A stretch of DNA of 64,000 nt from Candidatus Zipacnadum vermilionense (GTDB lineage: Bacteria > Armatimonadota > Zipacnadia > Zipacnadales > Zipacnadaceae), in assembly GCA_029821755.1 (NCBI GenBank), contig JALGSV010000002.1:18591-82590 (forward strand), written 5' to 3'. Positions 47,475 to 56,918 of the stretch are shown here, one piece after another (the first letter of the stretch is position 1; each line of letters opens with the position of its first letter). A program made the translations under genes and the position numbers. The notes below the pieces were generated by a model that worked only from the letters and a program-made list of their open reading frames with translations, searched no databases and had not been told where the DNA came from.

Positions 47475-48365
47475 CTACCCCTCCGGCCGCTTGCCGAACC
47501 TCGCGAGGTTGATCAGCCAGTGCACCAGCTCGTTATAGCCCTTCTCGCCCAGGTGCGGCAGGCCCACCTTCCCCTTCTCCTGCAGCTCCACCGCGTCTAT
47601 ATTGGTGACCATCCCGGGACCTGCGTACAGGAACCAGCGCGCCAGGGTCTGTATGTTGGCGTCGCCACCCATGGCCAACTGGTCGCCGAGAAGGCTGTAG
47701 TCGAACTGCCCCGAGTCAATCCGGTACCGCCGCAGGGGCTTGAGGAAGACCAGATCCAGCCACACCCGCTGCTCGGTCCGGTGCACCGTCTCCGCACTCA
47801 TGGCCGACCTCATGGCCGAACCGGAAACCGACAGCGCTACCCCGGCCATCCCGCCCATGGCGAAGGCTCCGGCGGTCCCGATAGGCTGGGAGAGGACGCT
47901 GCCTTCCCCTTTGGTCCTGCGCTCCTCTTTCTGCGCCGCCACCCCGCCGAGCGCCAGCACGATGGCGGCCTCCCAGGGGGCTTTCTCCTGCCGGCCCACC
48001 GTATCTAGCGGCCCCAGGTCCGTCTTGGTCAGGTTCACCGCATGCACCGGCACCGCCCGCGGCAAGGGGACGATCTGTTCAGCGGGAACCGCAAAGCTAG
48101 CCTCGCCGGTCTCGTGAAGGGCAGCCACCAGAGCTTCGGCTCCCGCTGGGTCGATGTTGTCCACCAGAACCCCCCCGCCCTGGACGCAGGCGGTCTTGGC
48201 CTCGAGCTGGAGCATCCCCGCGTGCTCCATCAGCAGGGGGGGGCAGGTCTCGATGTTCAGCTTGCCCAGGCGCAGACGGATGACGGTGGCGCCGCTGCGG
48301 GGTCGCTCGGCGGGGAGCAGGTCCTCATCCGGTTGGTCCGAGTTGGTGAGATCGTCCTCGTACAT
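47475..48365 (-). CDS. hypothetical protein
   Basis: Coherent 297-aa ORF from MYEDDLTNSD with GGAGG ~10 nt upstream; no recognisable motifs. Confidence 0.4.
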   Translation of the reverse strand: MYEDDLTNSDQPDEDLLPAERPRSGATVIRLRLGKLNIETCPPLLMEHAGMLQLEAKTACVQGGGVLVDNIDPAGAEALVAALHETGEASFAVPAEQIVPLPRAVPVHAVNLTKTDLGPLDTVGRQEKAPWEAAIVLALGGVAAQKEERRTKGEGSVLSQPIGTAGAFAMGGMAGVALSVSGSAMRSAMSAETVHRTEQRVWLDLVFLKPLRRYRIDSGQFDYSLLGDQLAMGGDANIQTLARWFLYAGPGMVTNIDAVELQEKGKVGLPHLGEKGYNELVHWLINLARFGKRPEG

Positions 48366-48517
48366 GAGAGGTGGTCCTCCGGTAGGGAAGTCCCCGTGTC
48401 GCATGTTGATTATGCTACATGAGGGCTGGATAGTTCAAGGGCGCGGGTTGCACAGCGAGGGATTTTCTCTGCCGGCGGCGAAATGCTCTGCAATTCGTCT
48501 CGAACAGGAGCCTATCC

Positions 48518-51500
48518 ATGACTCGCACCTCCCTGCTTCTGCTGCTTGGTTTGAGCGTCACTGCCGTCTCCGCGGCCCCTACGCAGACCTTTCGCCTCCA
48601 GGAATACCTCGGCCACACCTGGAGCGACGAGCTTATTAGTTACCCTCTGGCGCCGGAGTTGGCCAGGGCCACCTCCCTGTCCGTCACCGACGCGGCGGGG
48701 CAGGCGGTGCCCTACCAGCTAGACGCCGGGCGGGTCTACCTGGTTGTCACCCTACCCGCCGACGGGGAGCTGTCGTTCACTGTAACCGACGGCGAGACCA
48801 CCGCACTGCCCGACCCGGCCGTGACGACGAAGGAAGAGGGCGGGTTGCTGACCCTTGACAGCGGCGTGCTGGCCGTGCGGCTGCCGGCGGGGCAGGAAAC
48901 CTTCCCCCAGCCGGTGTCCGCCGATACCGTTCCCGGTCCCTTGCAGGGCGTCCGAGGCATGACTGGCGGCTGGATCGGCAAGTCCTGGCTCTCCGCCCCG
49001 CTCAAGGTCACCGGTTACACCACCACCCTGAGCGCCTCCGGCCCGCTGTTCGCCGAGGCGACGGTGGACTACACCTTCGAGGGCGACAAGCACTACCGCT
49101 TCACGCTGCGCGCCATCGCCGGGCAGCCCACCGTGATCATTGACGAGTCCATGGACCTCAACCCCGGTGGCGCCTACTCGATCGCCTCCTACGATAACGA
49201 CGCGGATGCCTCCACTTGGGAATGGTGGTGGATAGACGCGGCGGAGGCCATTCACCCGGCGACCGCTTACTTCTCCTTCTATTCGGGCCTGGAGCCCAAC
49301 CAGTGCCGCTGGACCGGCCACCATGCCACCCAACCCCGCAAGGGCATGAACGCCGAGGGCGCCATCATGACCAACAGCGCCGAGACGAACGCCGTGGCCT
49401 ACGCCCCTCTCCCCTACGACCAGGACGAGATGTGGAACCGCGTCTCCGGCTGGTGGGTTAATTCCTTTGGCGACCGCTCCAACGAGTTCCTCTTCTACAA
49501 CGACCGCGACCCCAACACTCCGGTCATCTCGATCAGCCGCGGCCGCCCCAGCCGCAACCTCAACCCCCAGATCTCGCCGGTGGCTGAGCCCTGGGTCAAG
49601 ATCACCACAGCGCTCAACGACCTGCGCGTCTGGACCAAGCCGACCCCCGACCTGCAGGTCCTCGCCCCCATCTGCCTGGGCACCCGTGAGTGGTTGCTTT
49701 CCGTGGAGCCCCAGACCACCCTCGTCCCCAAAGGCACCGCCCAGGCGTCCAGCGCCTACCGCACGATGATCAAGTACGCCTACTTCCCTCTCGACAAGAT
49801 CAAGGACTGGAGCTTCGACTGGCCCGAGCCGGCCAACGCCTGGCCCCGGATGTTCTGCAAGACGGGAGATCTGCAGGCCATGCGCGACCGCGTCGCCGCC
49901 GCCGGGGGCGCGCAGGCCACCGCCCCCAACATCCCCTACCTCTATCGCGCCAAGTGGACCCCCGACGACGTTGTCAAGCAGTGCCTGGCGCCGATGAAAG
50001 CGGTCGTTGACGCCGCCTTGTCGGGGATGGCCGGCAGCGGCAGCATCAACTGGTTCCACGCCTCCCTGCACATGATGTCCTTCATGCCGCTGTGGGAGGG
50101 GGCCATGGCCACCCCGGACCTGGACCCCGCGGTGCGCGCCAAGCTCAAGGCCTACGGGGCCTTCATTGCCCAGCGCGCCTGGGACGACGACTACTGGCCC
50201 CCCAAGGAGACCGGCAACGGCTGGGGCTCGGCGAATATGGGCATCCTCGCCGCCGGGGCCCGGGTCCTGACGGCCGCCGCCATGGCCGGACACCCCCGCG
50301 ACGCCGCCTGGCTCCAGCGCTGCCAGGGCTACCTCCACGGCAACCTCCAGGGGCTTCTCGCCCCCGACGGCTCCGGCCTCTCCTGCCCGCACTACCTGGG
50401 CGCGAGCGTTGACCCGGTCCTGTACATGGCCCTGGCGCTCAAGTACGGCGGAGACTACGACGTCTTCGAGACCGACCCCCGCATGGCCAAGTTCGGCCAA
50501 TTCATGATCGACGTATTGACCCCGCCCGACCTGCGCTCACCGATTGGCGGGCCTGGCCATGGCCTGTCCCTGGGCGCCACGCTGGACCCCCAGGCCGTCA
50601 ATCGCCGCAACCTGTGGCCTCTCGGCCATACCTCCCGCACCGAGACCACCGGCATCCTGGACATGCTGGCGCTGGGATATGCGGGCGTCAACGAGCCGCT
50701 GGCGGGGGCGCTACGCTCCATGGCCGCCGAGATGGGCGGCAACTCCAGCCAGGGCTTCGTGGCCTACGCGCTGATGTCCAACACCTCCTCCCCGCTGGTC
50801 AAGCCCGACCTGCACACCCGTTGGTACCCCGCCTACGGCGCCTTCCTGCGCGACCAGCAGCCTATGGAAACTTGGCTGGCCGTACGCTACTCCAAGTTCG
50901 CCTTCGACCACTTCCAGGCCGACACCGGCGCCTTCACGCTATTCGCCCAGGGCGTGCCGCTGATGATGGACTTTGGGTCGATGTACTCTCCCGAGAACGG
51001 TCAGGCGGTGTACCACAACCGCATCGCCTGGAATGTGCAGGAGGGACCGCAGAAGCCCTGCCCCGGCAACGGCGGCCCCGGCTGCTTCTACCAGGGCTTG
51101 ACCTATTTCGAGCACGAGTTCGAGCCGTGGACCGACCAAATCGAGGCCCCGGGCACCGGCATGGGGATCATTGACCACTACGGCGAGATCAAGGCCTTCT
51201 CCAGCCTGCCGGAGGCCGACTACCTGCTCGGCCAGGTGGACGTCAAGGCCCTGGAGTCGGAGCCCTACTTCCCCGACACCCCCGTCGGCCGCGCCGGCGA
51301 CCCCACCCAGGCGCGCAAAATCAAGGACGTCCCGCCCTTCTCCTGGCTGCGGCGGATAATGACGGTGAAGGCCACCCAACCGGAGCAACCGTCGTACCTG
51401 CTGGTGCGCGACGACTTCACCGCCCCCTGCCCGCCGCCGATGGCCAGCTACTGGGTGATGGCCAACAGCCTCGAGTTCGCCGGCAACCAGGCCCACGCCA

Positions 51501-52102
51501 CCGGCCAGTTCGGCGTAGACCTCGACCTGTACTGCGCCCAGCCCGCCGCGCCCCAGTTCAGCCAGTGGGCCTGGGAGCACAATAACTGGGGCGGCGAGAA
51601 GCAGCTCTGCGTCCGCATCACCCAGGCCGAGGGCAAGCCCTTCCTGGTAGTGCTGTACCCGAGGAAGGCCGGGGAGCCGGCACCCCAGTTCGAGACGATC
51701 GCGGACGGGAATGGCGTGAAGGTGACCTACGCCGACGGAGCCGTGGATTATGCGTTCCTCGGCCCGGGAACCGTAGACTTCGCCGAGGGGGACCTCGCCT
51801 TCCACGGAGTCGCGGGATTTCTGCGCGTGTCCGGCGAGGCTGTCTCGGTCGCGCTGCCCCAGGGCGGCAGAGCCACGCTGGCCGGCCTGACGCTCGAGGC
51901 GGCGGAGGCGGCAAGCCTGCGCTGGCGAGCCGGGCGGGGCGAGTTGAGAACTGGGGCGCAGGCCCAGACGCTGCGCCTCTCCGGCAAGCTTCCGGCCGCG
52001 CCCAAGGTGACTCTCGATGGGAAACCGCTCTCGGCCACCATGCAGAACGGTGTCCTAACGGTGCCCGTCCCCGTCGGCGAGCACGAGATTGTCATCAGGT
52101 AG
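48518..52102 (+). CDS. secreted heparinase II/III-like polysaccharide lyase family protein (1194 aa)
   Basis: AGGAG lies 7 nt upstream of ATG; signal peptide. DTGAFTLFAQGVPLMMDFGSMYS matches the heparinase II/III pattern (D.GsF.l...G.pL..D.G...Y). Confidence 0.45.
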   Translation: MTRTSLLLLLGLSVTAVSAAPTQTFRLQEYLGHTWSDELISYPLAPELARATSLSVTDAAGQAVPYQLDAGRVYLVVTLPADGELSFTVTDGETTALPDPAVTTKEEGGLLTLDSGVLAVRLPAGQETFPQPVSADTVPGPLQGVRGMTGGWIGKSWLSAPLKVTGYTTTLSASGPLFAEATVDYTFEGDKHYRFTLRAIAGQPTVIIDESMDLNPGGAYSIASYDNDADASTWEWWWIDAAEAIHPATAYFSFYSGLEPNQCRWTGHHATQPRKGMNAEGAIMTNSAETNAVAYAPLPYDQDEMWNRVSGWWVNSFGDRSNEFLFYNDRDPNTPVISISRGRPSRNLNPQISPVAEPWVKITTALNDLRVWTKPTPDLQVLAPICLGTREWLLSVEPQTTLVPKGTAQASSAYRTMIKYAYFPLDKIKDWSFDWPEPANAWPRMFCKTGDLQAMRDRVAAAGGAQATAPNIPYLYRAKWTPDDVVKQCLAPMKAVVDAALSGMAGSGSINWFHASLHMMSFMPLWEGAMATPDLDPAVRAKLKAYGAFIAQRAWDDDYWPPKETGNGWGSANMGILAAGARVLTAAAMAGHPRDAAWLQRCQGYLHGNLQGLLAPDGSGLSCPHYLGASVDPVLYMALALKYGGDYDVFETDPRMAKFGQFMIDVLTPPDLRSPIGGPGHGLSLGATLDPQAVNRRNLWPLGHTSRTETTGILDMLALGYAGVNEPLAGALRSMAAEMGGNSSQGFVAYALMSNTSSPLVKPDLHTRWYPAYGAFLRDQQPMETWLAVRYSKFAFDHFQADTGAFTLFAQGVPLMMDFGSMYSPENGQAVYHNRIAWNVQEGPQKPCPGNGGPGCFYQGLTYFEHEFEPWTDQIEAPGTGMGIIDHYGEIKAFSSLPEADYLLGQVDVKALESEPYFPDTPVGRAGDPTQARKIKDVPPFSWLRRIMTVKATQPEQPSYLLVRDDFTAPCPPPMASYWVMANSLEFAGNQAHATGQFGVDLDLYCAQPAAPQFSQWAWEHNNWGGEKQLCVRITQAEGKPFLVVLYPRKAGEPAPQFETIADGNGVKVTYADGAVDYAFLGPGTVDFAEGDLAFHGVAGFLRVSGEAVSVALPQGGRATLAGLTLEAAEAASLRWRAGRGELRTGAQAQTLRLSGKLPAAPKVTLDGKPLSATMQNGVLTVPVPVGEHEIVIR

Positions 52103-52351
52103 GCGGTCGCGGACCCCAGGAACCTCCTCTCCCAAGCGTGCCCACGTCCGCGTGGTCCGCGCGGGAGAGGGGGCAGGTGGTGAGGCGCCGCCCCCGGACA
52201 CCGCTTTGCAGAACGGCGCCACTAGGCCACGGGGAACCGGTCTCCAGACCGGTGTCGGCTGGCACCTCCCGATGAACCCTCTCTCGCCCTCCTTCGTCCC
52301 CATACCAGTACACCATCCCGCGCCTCTCATCGCTGACGGGAGGGTCTCACT

Positions 52352-53557
52352 ATGAGCGTCTTGAGCTACCGCTATGTCGTTGTCGGAGCCGGGCTGGCCG
52401 GAGCCTCGGCCGTGGAGGGGATCCGCGAGGTCGACCCGGAGGGGTCCCTTCTGCTGCTCGGCCACGAGAAGCACCTACCCTACGATCGCCCCCCGCTGTC
52501 CAAGAAGTTGTGGTTCGGCAAGATGAAGCTCGAGAAGGTCTATGTCCATCCCGAGGAGTGGTACATGGAGGCCGGCGTCGAGGTGCTCCCCCATGTGGAC
52601 GTCGCCGGTCTGGACCCGGCGGCCCAGCGCCTCACCACCGCTGGCGGGCGGCAGTATACTTACGAGAAGCTGCTGCTGGCCACCGGCGCCACGCCCCGCC
52701 CCCTCCCCCTCCCCGGCGGCGACCTGGAGGGGCTTTACTATTACCGCTACCTCGATGATTACCTCCGCCTGCGCGAGCAGGTGACGGCGGGCGCCCGCGT
52801 GACGGTCATCGGCGGCGGCTTCATCGGCTCGGAGATCGCCGCAGCGCTCAATATGAACCACGCCGCAGTGACCCTCCTCTACCCTGACCCCTACCTGGTG
52901 GACCGCGTCTTCCCCGACTACCTGGGCCGAGCGCTGGAGGAGCACTGCCGCGGCAAGGGCGTCCGCCTCCTGCAGGGCCAGCAGCCCGTGGCGCTGGAGC
53001 GGGAGGGCGAGCAGTACGTCACGGTCACCGACACCGATGAGCGAATCGTTTCTGACGCGGTGGTCATCGGCATCGGCGTCACCCCCAACCTCAGCCTCGC
53101 TGAATCGGCGGGGCTGCAGGTGGGCAACGGCGTCGTGGTGGACGAGTACTGCCGGACCTCCCACCCCAACATCCATGCGGCGGGCGACGTCGCCCTCTTC
53201 CCCTACACCGCCCTGGGCCAGACCCGCCGCATCGAGCACTGGGACCATGCGATCAACCACGGCAGGCAAGCTGGCCGCAACCTGGCCGACGCCGGGGCGC
53301 CGTATGACTACATGCCCTACTTCTACTCCGACCTGTTCGAGTTCGGCTACGAGGCGGTAGGCGACGTCAGCTCCCGCCTGACGACCTTCGCCGACTGGCA
53401 GAAAGAGAACGACACCGGCGTCATCTACTACCTGCAAGAGGGCCGGGTGCGCGGAGCTATGATGTGCAATGTCTGGGACCAGGTCCCCGCCGCCCGAGAG
53501 CTAATCCAGTCCGGGAAACAGATGACCGAGGCGGAGCTGAAGGGAGCGATCTCGTAG
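52352..53557 (+). CDS. FAD-dependent pyridine nucleotide-disulfide oxidoreductase (ferredoxin/rubredoxin reductase or AIF-like)
   Basis: YVVVGAGLAGASA dinucleotide-binding motif, a second Rossmann motif VTVIGGGFIGSEIAA, and AAGDVA. Confidence 0.7.
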   Translation: MSVLSYRYVVVGAGLAGASAVEGIREVDPEGSLLLLGHEKHLPYDRPPLSKKLWFGKMKLEKVYVHPEEWYMEAGVEVLPHVDVAGLDPAAQRLTTAGGRQYTYEKLLLATGATPRPLPLPGGDLEGLYYYRYLDDYLRLREQVTAGARVTVIGGGFIGSEIAAALNMNHAAVTLLYPDPYLVDRVFPDYLGRALEEHCRGKGVRLLQGQQPVALEREGEQYVTVTDTDERIVSDAVVIGIGVTPNLSLAESAGLQVGNGVVVDEYCRTSHPNIHAAGDVALFPYTALGQTRRIEHWDHAINHGRQAGRNLADAGAPYDYMPYFYSDLFEFGYEAVGDVSSRLTTFADWQKENDTGVIYYLQEGRVRGAMMCNVWDQVPAARELIQSGKQMTEAELKGAIS

Positions 53558-53676
53558 GGACGGCTTTCCGGGCTTCGGAGCCGGGACAGCCGCCCGTTCG
53601 GTGCGCGATCAGTTAGCGAACGGGCGTGTGTTGCGGTGAGCACACCGCAAAACGCGCCCCTACAGGAGGGAACATC

Positions 53677-53997
53677 ATGTCCCTGGCCGAGGAAGACTGC
53701 GCGCCCCCGGAGGGCCTTCCGGCCCTGACCGCCGCCGAGGCCTCGGCACTGCTCGCCGAGGTCTCCGACTGGACCCTCGCCGACCAGGCTCTGACCCGCG
53801 AGCTGCTCTTCCCCGATTTTCCAGAGGCCATCGCCTTCGTTGACCGCCTCGCGGAGGTCGTTCAGGCCCAGGACCACCATCCCGACATCTGCATCTCATA
53901 CCGCAAGGTCCGCCTGACCTACACCACCCACAAAGCCGGCGGCCTCACCCGCAACGACTTCATCATGGCGACCAAGACGGACAGGTTGCAGAAGTGA
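53677..53997 (+). CDS. phhB: pterin-4a-carbinolamine dehydratase (PCD/DCoH)
   Basis: QDHHPDICISYRKVRLTYTTH and GLTRNDFIMATKTD match the PCD signature. GGAGGG lies 6 nt upstream of ATG 53677. Confidence 0.85.
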   Translation: MSLAEEDCAPPEGLPALTAAEASALLAEVSDWTLADQALTRELLFPDFPEAIAFVDRLAEVVQAQDHHPDICISYRKVRLTYTTHKAGGLTRNDFIMATKTDRLQK

Positions 53998-54094
53998 CAG
54001 GTGATAGGTGATGGCTGGTAAATGGGGCCCTGAGCCCGCGCCCTAGTCCCTTTCCTTGCCCGCCATTTACCATCAATCACTCCTCCCAAAACCC

Positions 54095-54835
54095 ATGACG
54101 AACCTCACCAACCACACGGCTCTCGTCACCGGCGCGGCCAAGCGCCTCGGCCGGGCCATCTCCCTGGCCCTGGGCCGGGAGGGCGCCAATGTGGTGCTGC
54201 ACTACCGCTCCTCCCACGAGGAGGCCGAGGCCTTGGCCGGCGAACTGGAGGCCATGGGCGTCCACGCCTGGACGGTGCAGGCGGATTTCGCCGACCCCGC
54301 ACAGACCGAGTCGCTGGTCGCTCGCGCCGGGGAACTAGCCGGGCCGCTGGACCTGCTGGTCAACAGCGCCTCCGACTTCCCGCCCAGCACGATGGCGGAG
54401 GTAAGGTGGGAGGACCTGCAGCAGCAGCTAGCGGTCACCGCCTGGGCGCCTTTCGAGCTCTGCCGCAGCTTCGCCCGCCAAGCAGCGGCTGGCAGCATCG
54501 TCAACCTGCTCGACTCGCGCGTGACCGCCTCGGACTTCAGCCATGTCGCCTACCTCTGGGCCAAGCAGCTTCTCGCCCATATGACCAGCCATCTGGCCCT
54601 CACTTACGCGCCGGGGATAACCGTCAACGGCGTAGCTCCCGGCCTGATTCTACCGCCGCCCGGCCAAGACGATTCCTACCTGGAGGCCCTGGTACACACC
54701 GTCCCCCTCCGCCGCCACGGCGCCCCGGAGGACATAGCCGCCGCCGCCGTCTTCCTCCTTAAGAGCCCCTTCATCACGGGGGAGGTCATCTTCGTAGATG
54801 GAGGCCGGCATCTGGAGGAGAGGGAGAGGGCGTGA
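54095..54835 (+). CDS. SDR-family pteridine reductase-like oxidoreductase (PTR1/FolM-like)
   Basis: TALVTGAAKRLGRAISLAL...VVLHY closely resembles the PTR1 N-terminus (ALVTGAAKRLGRSIAEGL...CLHY). SDR catalytic region is present. Confidence 0.7.
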   Translation: MTNLTNHTALVTGAAKRLGRAISLALGREGANVVLHYRSSHEEAEALAGELEAMGVHAWTVQADFADPAQTESLVARAGELAGPLDLLVNSASDFPPSTMAEVRWEDLQQQLAVTAWAPFELCRSFARQAAAGSIVNLLDSRVTASDFSHVAYLWAKQLLAHMTSHLALTYAPGITVNGVAPGLILPPPGQDDSYLEALVHTVPLRRHGAPEDIAAAAVFLLKSPFITGEVIFVDGGRHLEERERA

Positions 54836-54987
54836 CGGGCGACGGTGTCAGCAGGGAAACGGGAACTACACCCCTCGAAGGTCGGCTCTCTGAACCTTTC
54901 CCTCCCGCCTGCGTCCTCCAGTTGACCTTGGCGTGGCGATGTCCCTGACCGCCAGGCTAGTATGACACGTCGAAAGGAGATCGCAAG
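54836..54987 (+). promoter_or_regulatory. structured 5' leader of the DUF2769-like gene carrying motif GTGTCAGCAGGGAAACGGGAACT; candidate cis-regulatory RNA
   Basis: 5' CGACGGTGTCA pairs with TGACACGTCG located just before the AAGGAG SD. The motif is shared with the folB leader (55326..55389). Confidence 0.3.
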
Positions 54988-55266
54988 ATGAGCCAAGTCG
55001 CCAGATCGAAAGAGAACCTGGGGAAATGTATGTGCATGAAATGTCCGACCTACACCTTCATGTGCAAGATGAGGAACATGCCGGGGAACATGATGGCCAT
55101 GATGGGTGATCTGGAGAAGAAGGAGCATGTCGAGGCGATGTACTGTGCGTTTGAGCAAAGCAGATGCATGGACGAAGAAAAGGGCTGCATCTGCGAGGAA
55201 TGCCTCGTACACAAGGAGAACGGTCTCGACAAAGCCTACTACTGTATGGCTACCGGCGGCAGATAG
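54988..55266 (+). CDS. small Cys/Met-rich protein, DUF2769-like (putative metal-binding)
   Basis: 92 aa with 10 Cys and 11 Met (CMCMKCP, MMAMMG, CICEECL, YYC). AAGGAG lies 7 nt upstream of ATG. GC content is clearly lower than the flanks. Confidence 0.6.
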   Translation: MSQVARSKENLGKCMCMKCPTYTFMCKMRNMPGNMMAMMGDLEKKEHVEAMYCAFEQSRCMDEEKGCICEECLVHKENGLDKAYYCMATGGR

Positions 55267-55325
55267 AGTCTGCCACGGTTCGCTGATGCGACCCTAGTTG
55301 ACTAGCACAGAAAGTTGCGGCCGCC

Positions 55326-55389
55326 GACCGTCAGTGTCAGCAGGGAACGGCAACTGCTGTCGTCTGACGTTGCCGACTGACACTGACGA
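55326..55389 (+). promoter_or_regulatory. compact structured leader immediately upstream of folB: perfect 12-bp closing stem CGTCAGTGTCAG/CTGACACTGACG enclosing motif GTGTCAGCAGGGAACGGCAACT
   Basis: Inverted repeats read from the sequence. The element ends 3 nt before the folB ATG, so it could occlude translation initiation. Confidence 0.35.
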
Positions 55390-55391
55390 CT

Positions 55392-55751
55392 ATGCCCGCC
55401 TACCGCATCTACATCACCGACCTGACGGCCCGCTGTGTGCTCGGCGTCTCCGCGGAGGAGCGGCGCGAGAAGCAGGAGGTCGTCATCAACGTGGCGCTCT
55501 CCGCCGACCTGAGCGCCGCCGCCGCCAGCGACCGCTTTGAGGACACCCTCGACTACCGGACGCTGAAGAAGGTGATGCTGGCGATGGTCGAAAGCTCGGA
55601 CTACTACCTCCTGGAGGCGCTGACCGAGCGGGTCGCGGACCTGTGCCTGCAGGATGCGCGCGTGCAGCGGGTGACAGTAAGGATCGAGAAGCCCTCGGCC
55701 CTGCGCTTTGCAAGGAGCGTGGGGGTGGAGGTGGAGAAGGGGCGATTGTAG
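55392..55751 (+). CDS. folB: dihydroneopterin aldolase
   Basis: YRIYITDL...VLGVSAEERREKQEVVINVAL...DTLDYRTLKKVM...LLEALTERVADLCL...KPSALRFARSVGVEVE matches the FolB family pattern. Confidence 0.8.
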   Translation: MPAYRIYITDLTARCVLGVSAEERREKQEVVINVALSADLSAAAASDRFEDTLDYRTLKKVMLAMVESSDYYLLEALTERVADLCLQDARVQRVTVRIEKPSALRFARSVGVEVEKGRL

Positions 55752-55776
55752 GGCGCGGGCTCGTACCGCGCCCTAC
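55748..55776. repeat. REP-like palindrome type B GTAGGGCGCGGGCTCGTACCGCGCCCTAC between folB and folK
   Basis: 10-bp stem. A related unit occurs at 60993 and a variant at 63398. Confidence 0.7.
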
Positions 55777-55795
55777 AGCGGAGGGAGACGCCCCT

Positions 55796-56362
55796 GTGCC
55801 TCGCGCCTTCATCGTTCTCGGCTCCAATCTCGATCCGGAGCGCCATATCCCGGCGGCCCTGCGCCGCCTGGCGGAAACCGTCCACCTGGTGGCTGTCTCA
55901 ACCTTCTACGTCTCCCCGGCCTTGGACCGTCCGAAGCAGCCGGACTTCTACAATGGCGCGGTCGCGATCGAGACCGACCTGCCGCCCCGCGAGCTGAAGT
56001 TCGTCGTCCTGCGCAAGATCGAGGCGGAGCTGGGCCGACAGCGAAGCGCCGACAAGTTCGCCGCGCGCGAGATCGACCTGGACCTGGTCTGGCACGACGG
56101 CCTGACCCTCAACGAACCAGACCTAGTGCTGCCCGACCCGGAGATCCCTGCTCGTCCCTTCTTGGCCGTGCCGCTGGCTGAGTTGGCCCCGGAGTTTTTC
56201 CCGGCGGAGGCCCGGCCGGCCGACCCGCACTTGCGCCCCCTGCCCGATTTCACCGCCCGCCTCCGAAAGGAACTGCTCAATGAACCACGAGAAGGTACAG
56301 AAGCTCATTCGCGAATTGCTGGTGGAGATGGGCGAGGACCCCGATCGCGAGGGTCTGGTTGA
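55796..56362 (+). CDS. folK: 2-amino-4-hydroxy-6-hydroxymethyldihydropteridine pyrophosphokinase (HPPK)
   Basis: [11 protein letters not shown]...[32 protein letters not shown]...REIDLDLV...[19 protein letters not shown]. Probable GTG start at 55796. Overlaps folE by ~80 nt in another frame. Confidence 0.75.
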   Translation: MPRAFIVLGSNLDPERHIPAALRRLAETVHLVAVSTFYVSPALDRPKQPDFYNGAVAIETDLPPRELKFVVLRKIEAELGRQRSADKFAAREIDLDLVWHDGLTLNEPDLVLPDPEIPARPFLAVPLAELAPEFFPAEARPADPHLRPLPDFTARLRKELLNEPREGTEAHSRIAGGDGRGPRSRGSG

Positions 56363-56852
56363 CACCCCGGCGCGCGTCGCCAGGTCCTACGAGTTCCTCA
56401 CTAGCGGCTACCACCAGTCACAGGCGGAGATCATCGGCAGCGCGGTCTTCACTCAGCAGGTTGACCACATGGTGATCGTACGCGACATTGAGCTGTACAG
56501 CCTGTGCGAGCACCACCTGCTGCCCTTCTTCGGCCGCTGCCACCTCGGCTACATCGCCGACGGCACCGTCCTGGGGGTGAGCAAGCTGGCGCGGCTGGTG
56601 GACATGTACGCCCGGCGCCTGCAGATTCAGGAGCGCCTTACCGAACAGGTGGCACAGGCCATCATGGACCAGGGCGCCGCCGGCGCCGGCGTAGTTATCG
56701 AGGCCCAGCACCTCTGCATGATGATGCGCGGGGTAGAGAAGCAGAACTCCTTGATGACCACCAGCGCGGTCCTGGGCACCTTCCGCCACTCCCCGACCAC
56801 ACGGAACGAGTTCCAGACGCTAATCGCGAGGTCGCGCCCGCGTACGGACTGA
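56280..56852 (+). CDS. folE: GTP cyclohydrolase I
   Basis: [59 protein letters not shown], and [25 protein letters not shown] match the FolE signatures. Confidence 0.9.
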   Translation: MNHEKVQKLIRELLVEMGEDPDREGLVDTPARVARSYEFLTSGYHQSQAEIIGSAVFTQQVDHMVIVRDIELYSLCEHHLLPFFGRCHLGYIADGTVLGVSKLARLVDMYARRLQIQERLTEQVAQAIMDQGAAGAGVVIEAQHLCMMMRGVEKQNSLMTTSAVLGTFRHSPTTRNEFQTLIARSRPRTD

Positions 56853-56918
56853 CCGGCGGTGCGCACCCGCACCTGCGGCTTGCAGGTATCGGCGGGAGAG
56901 CCGGAGCAATACTCTTCT

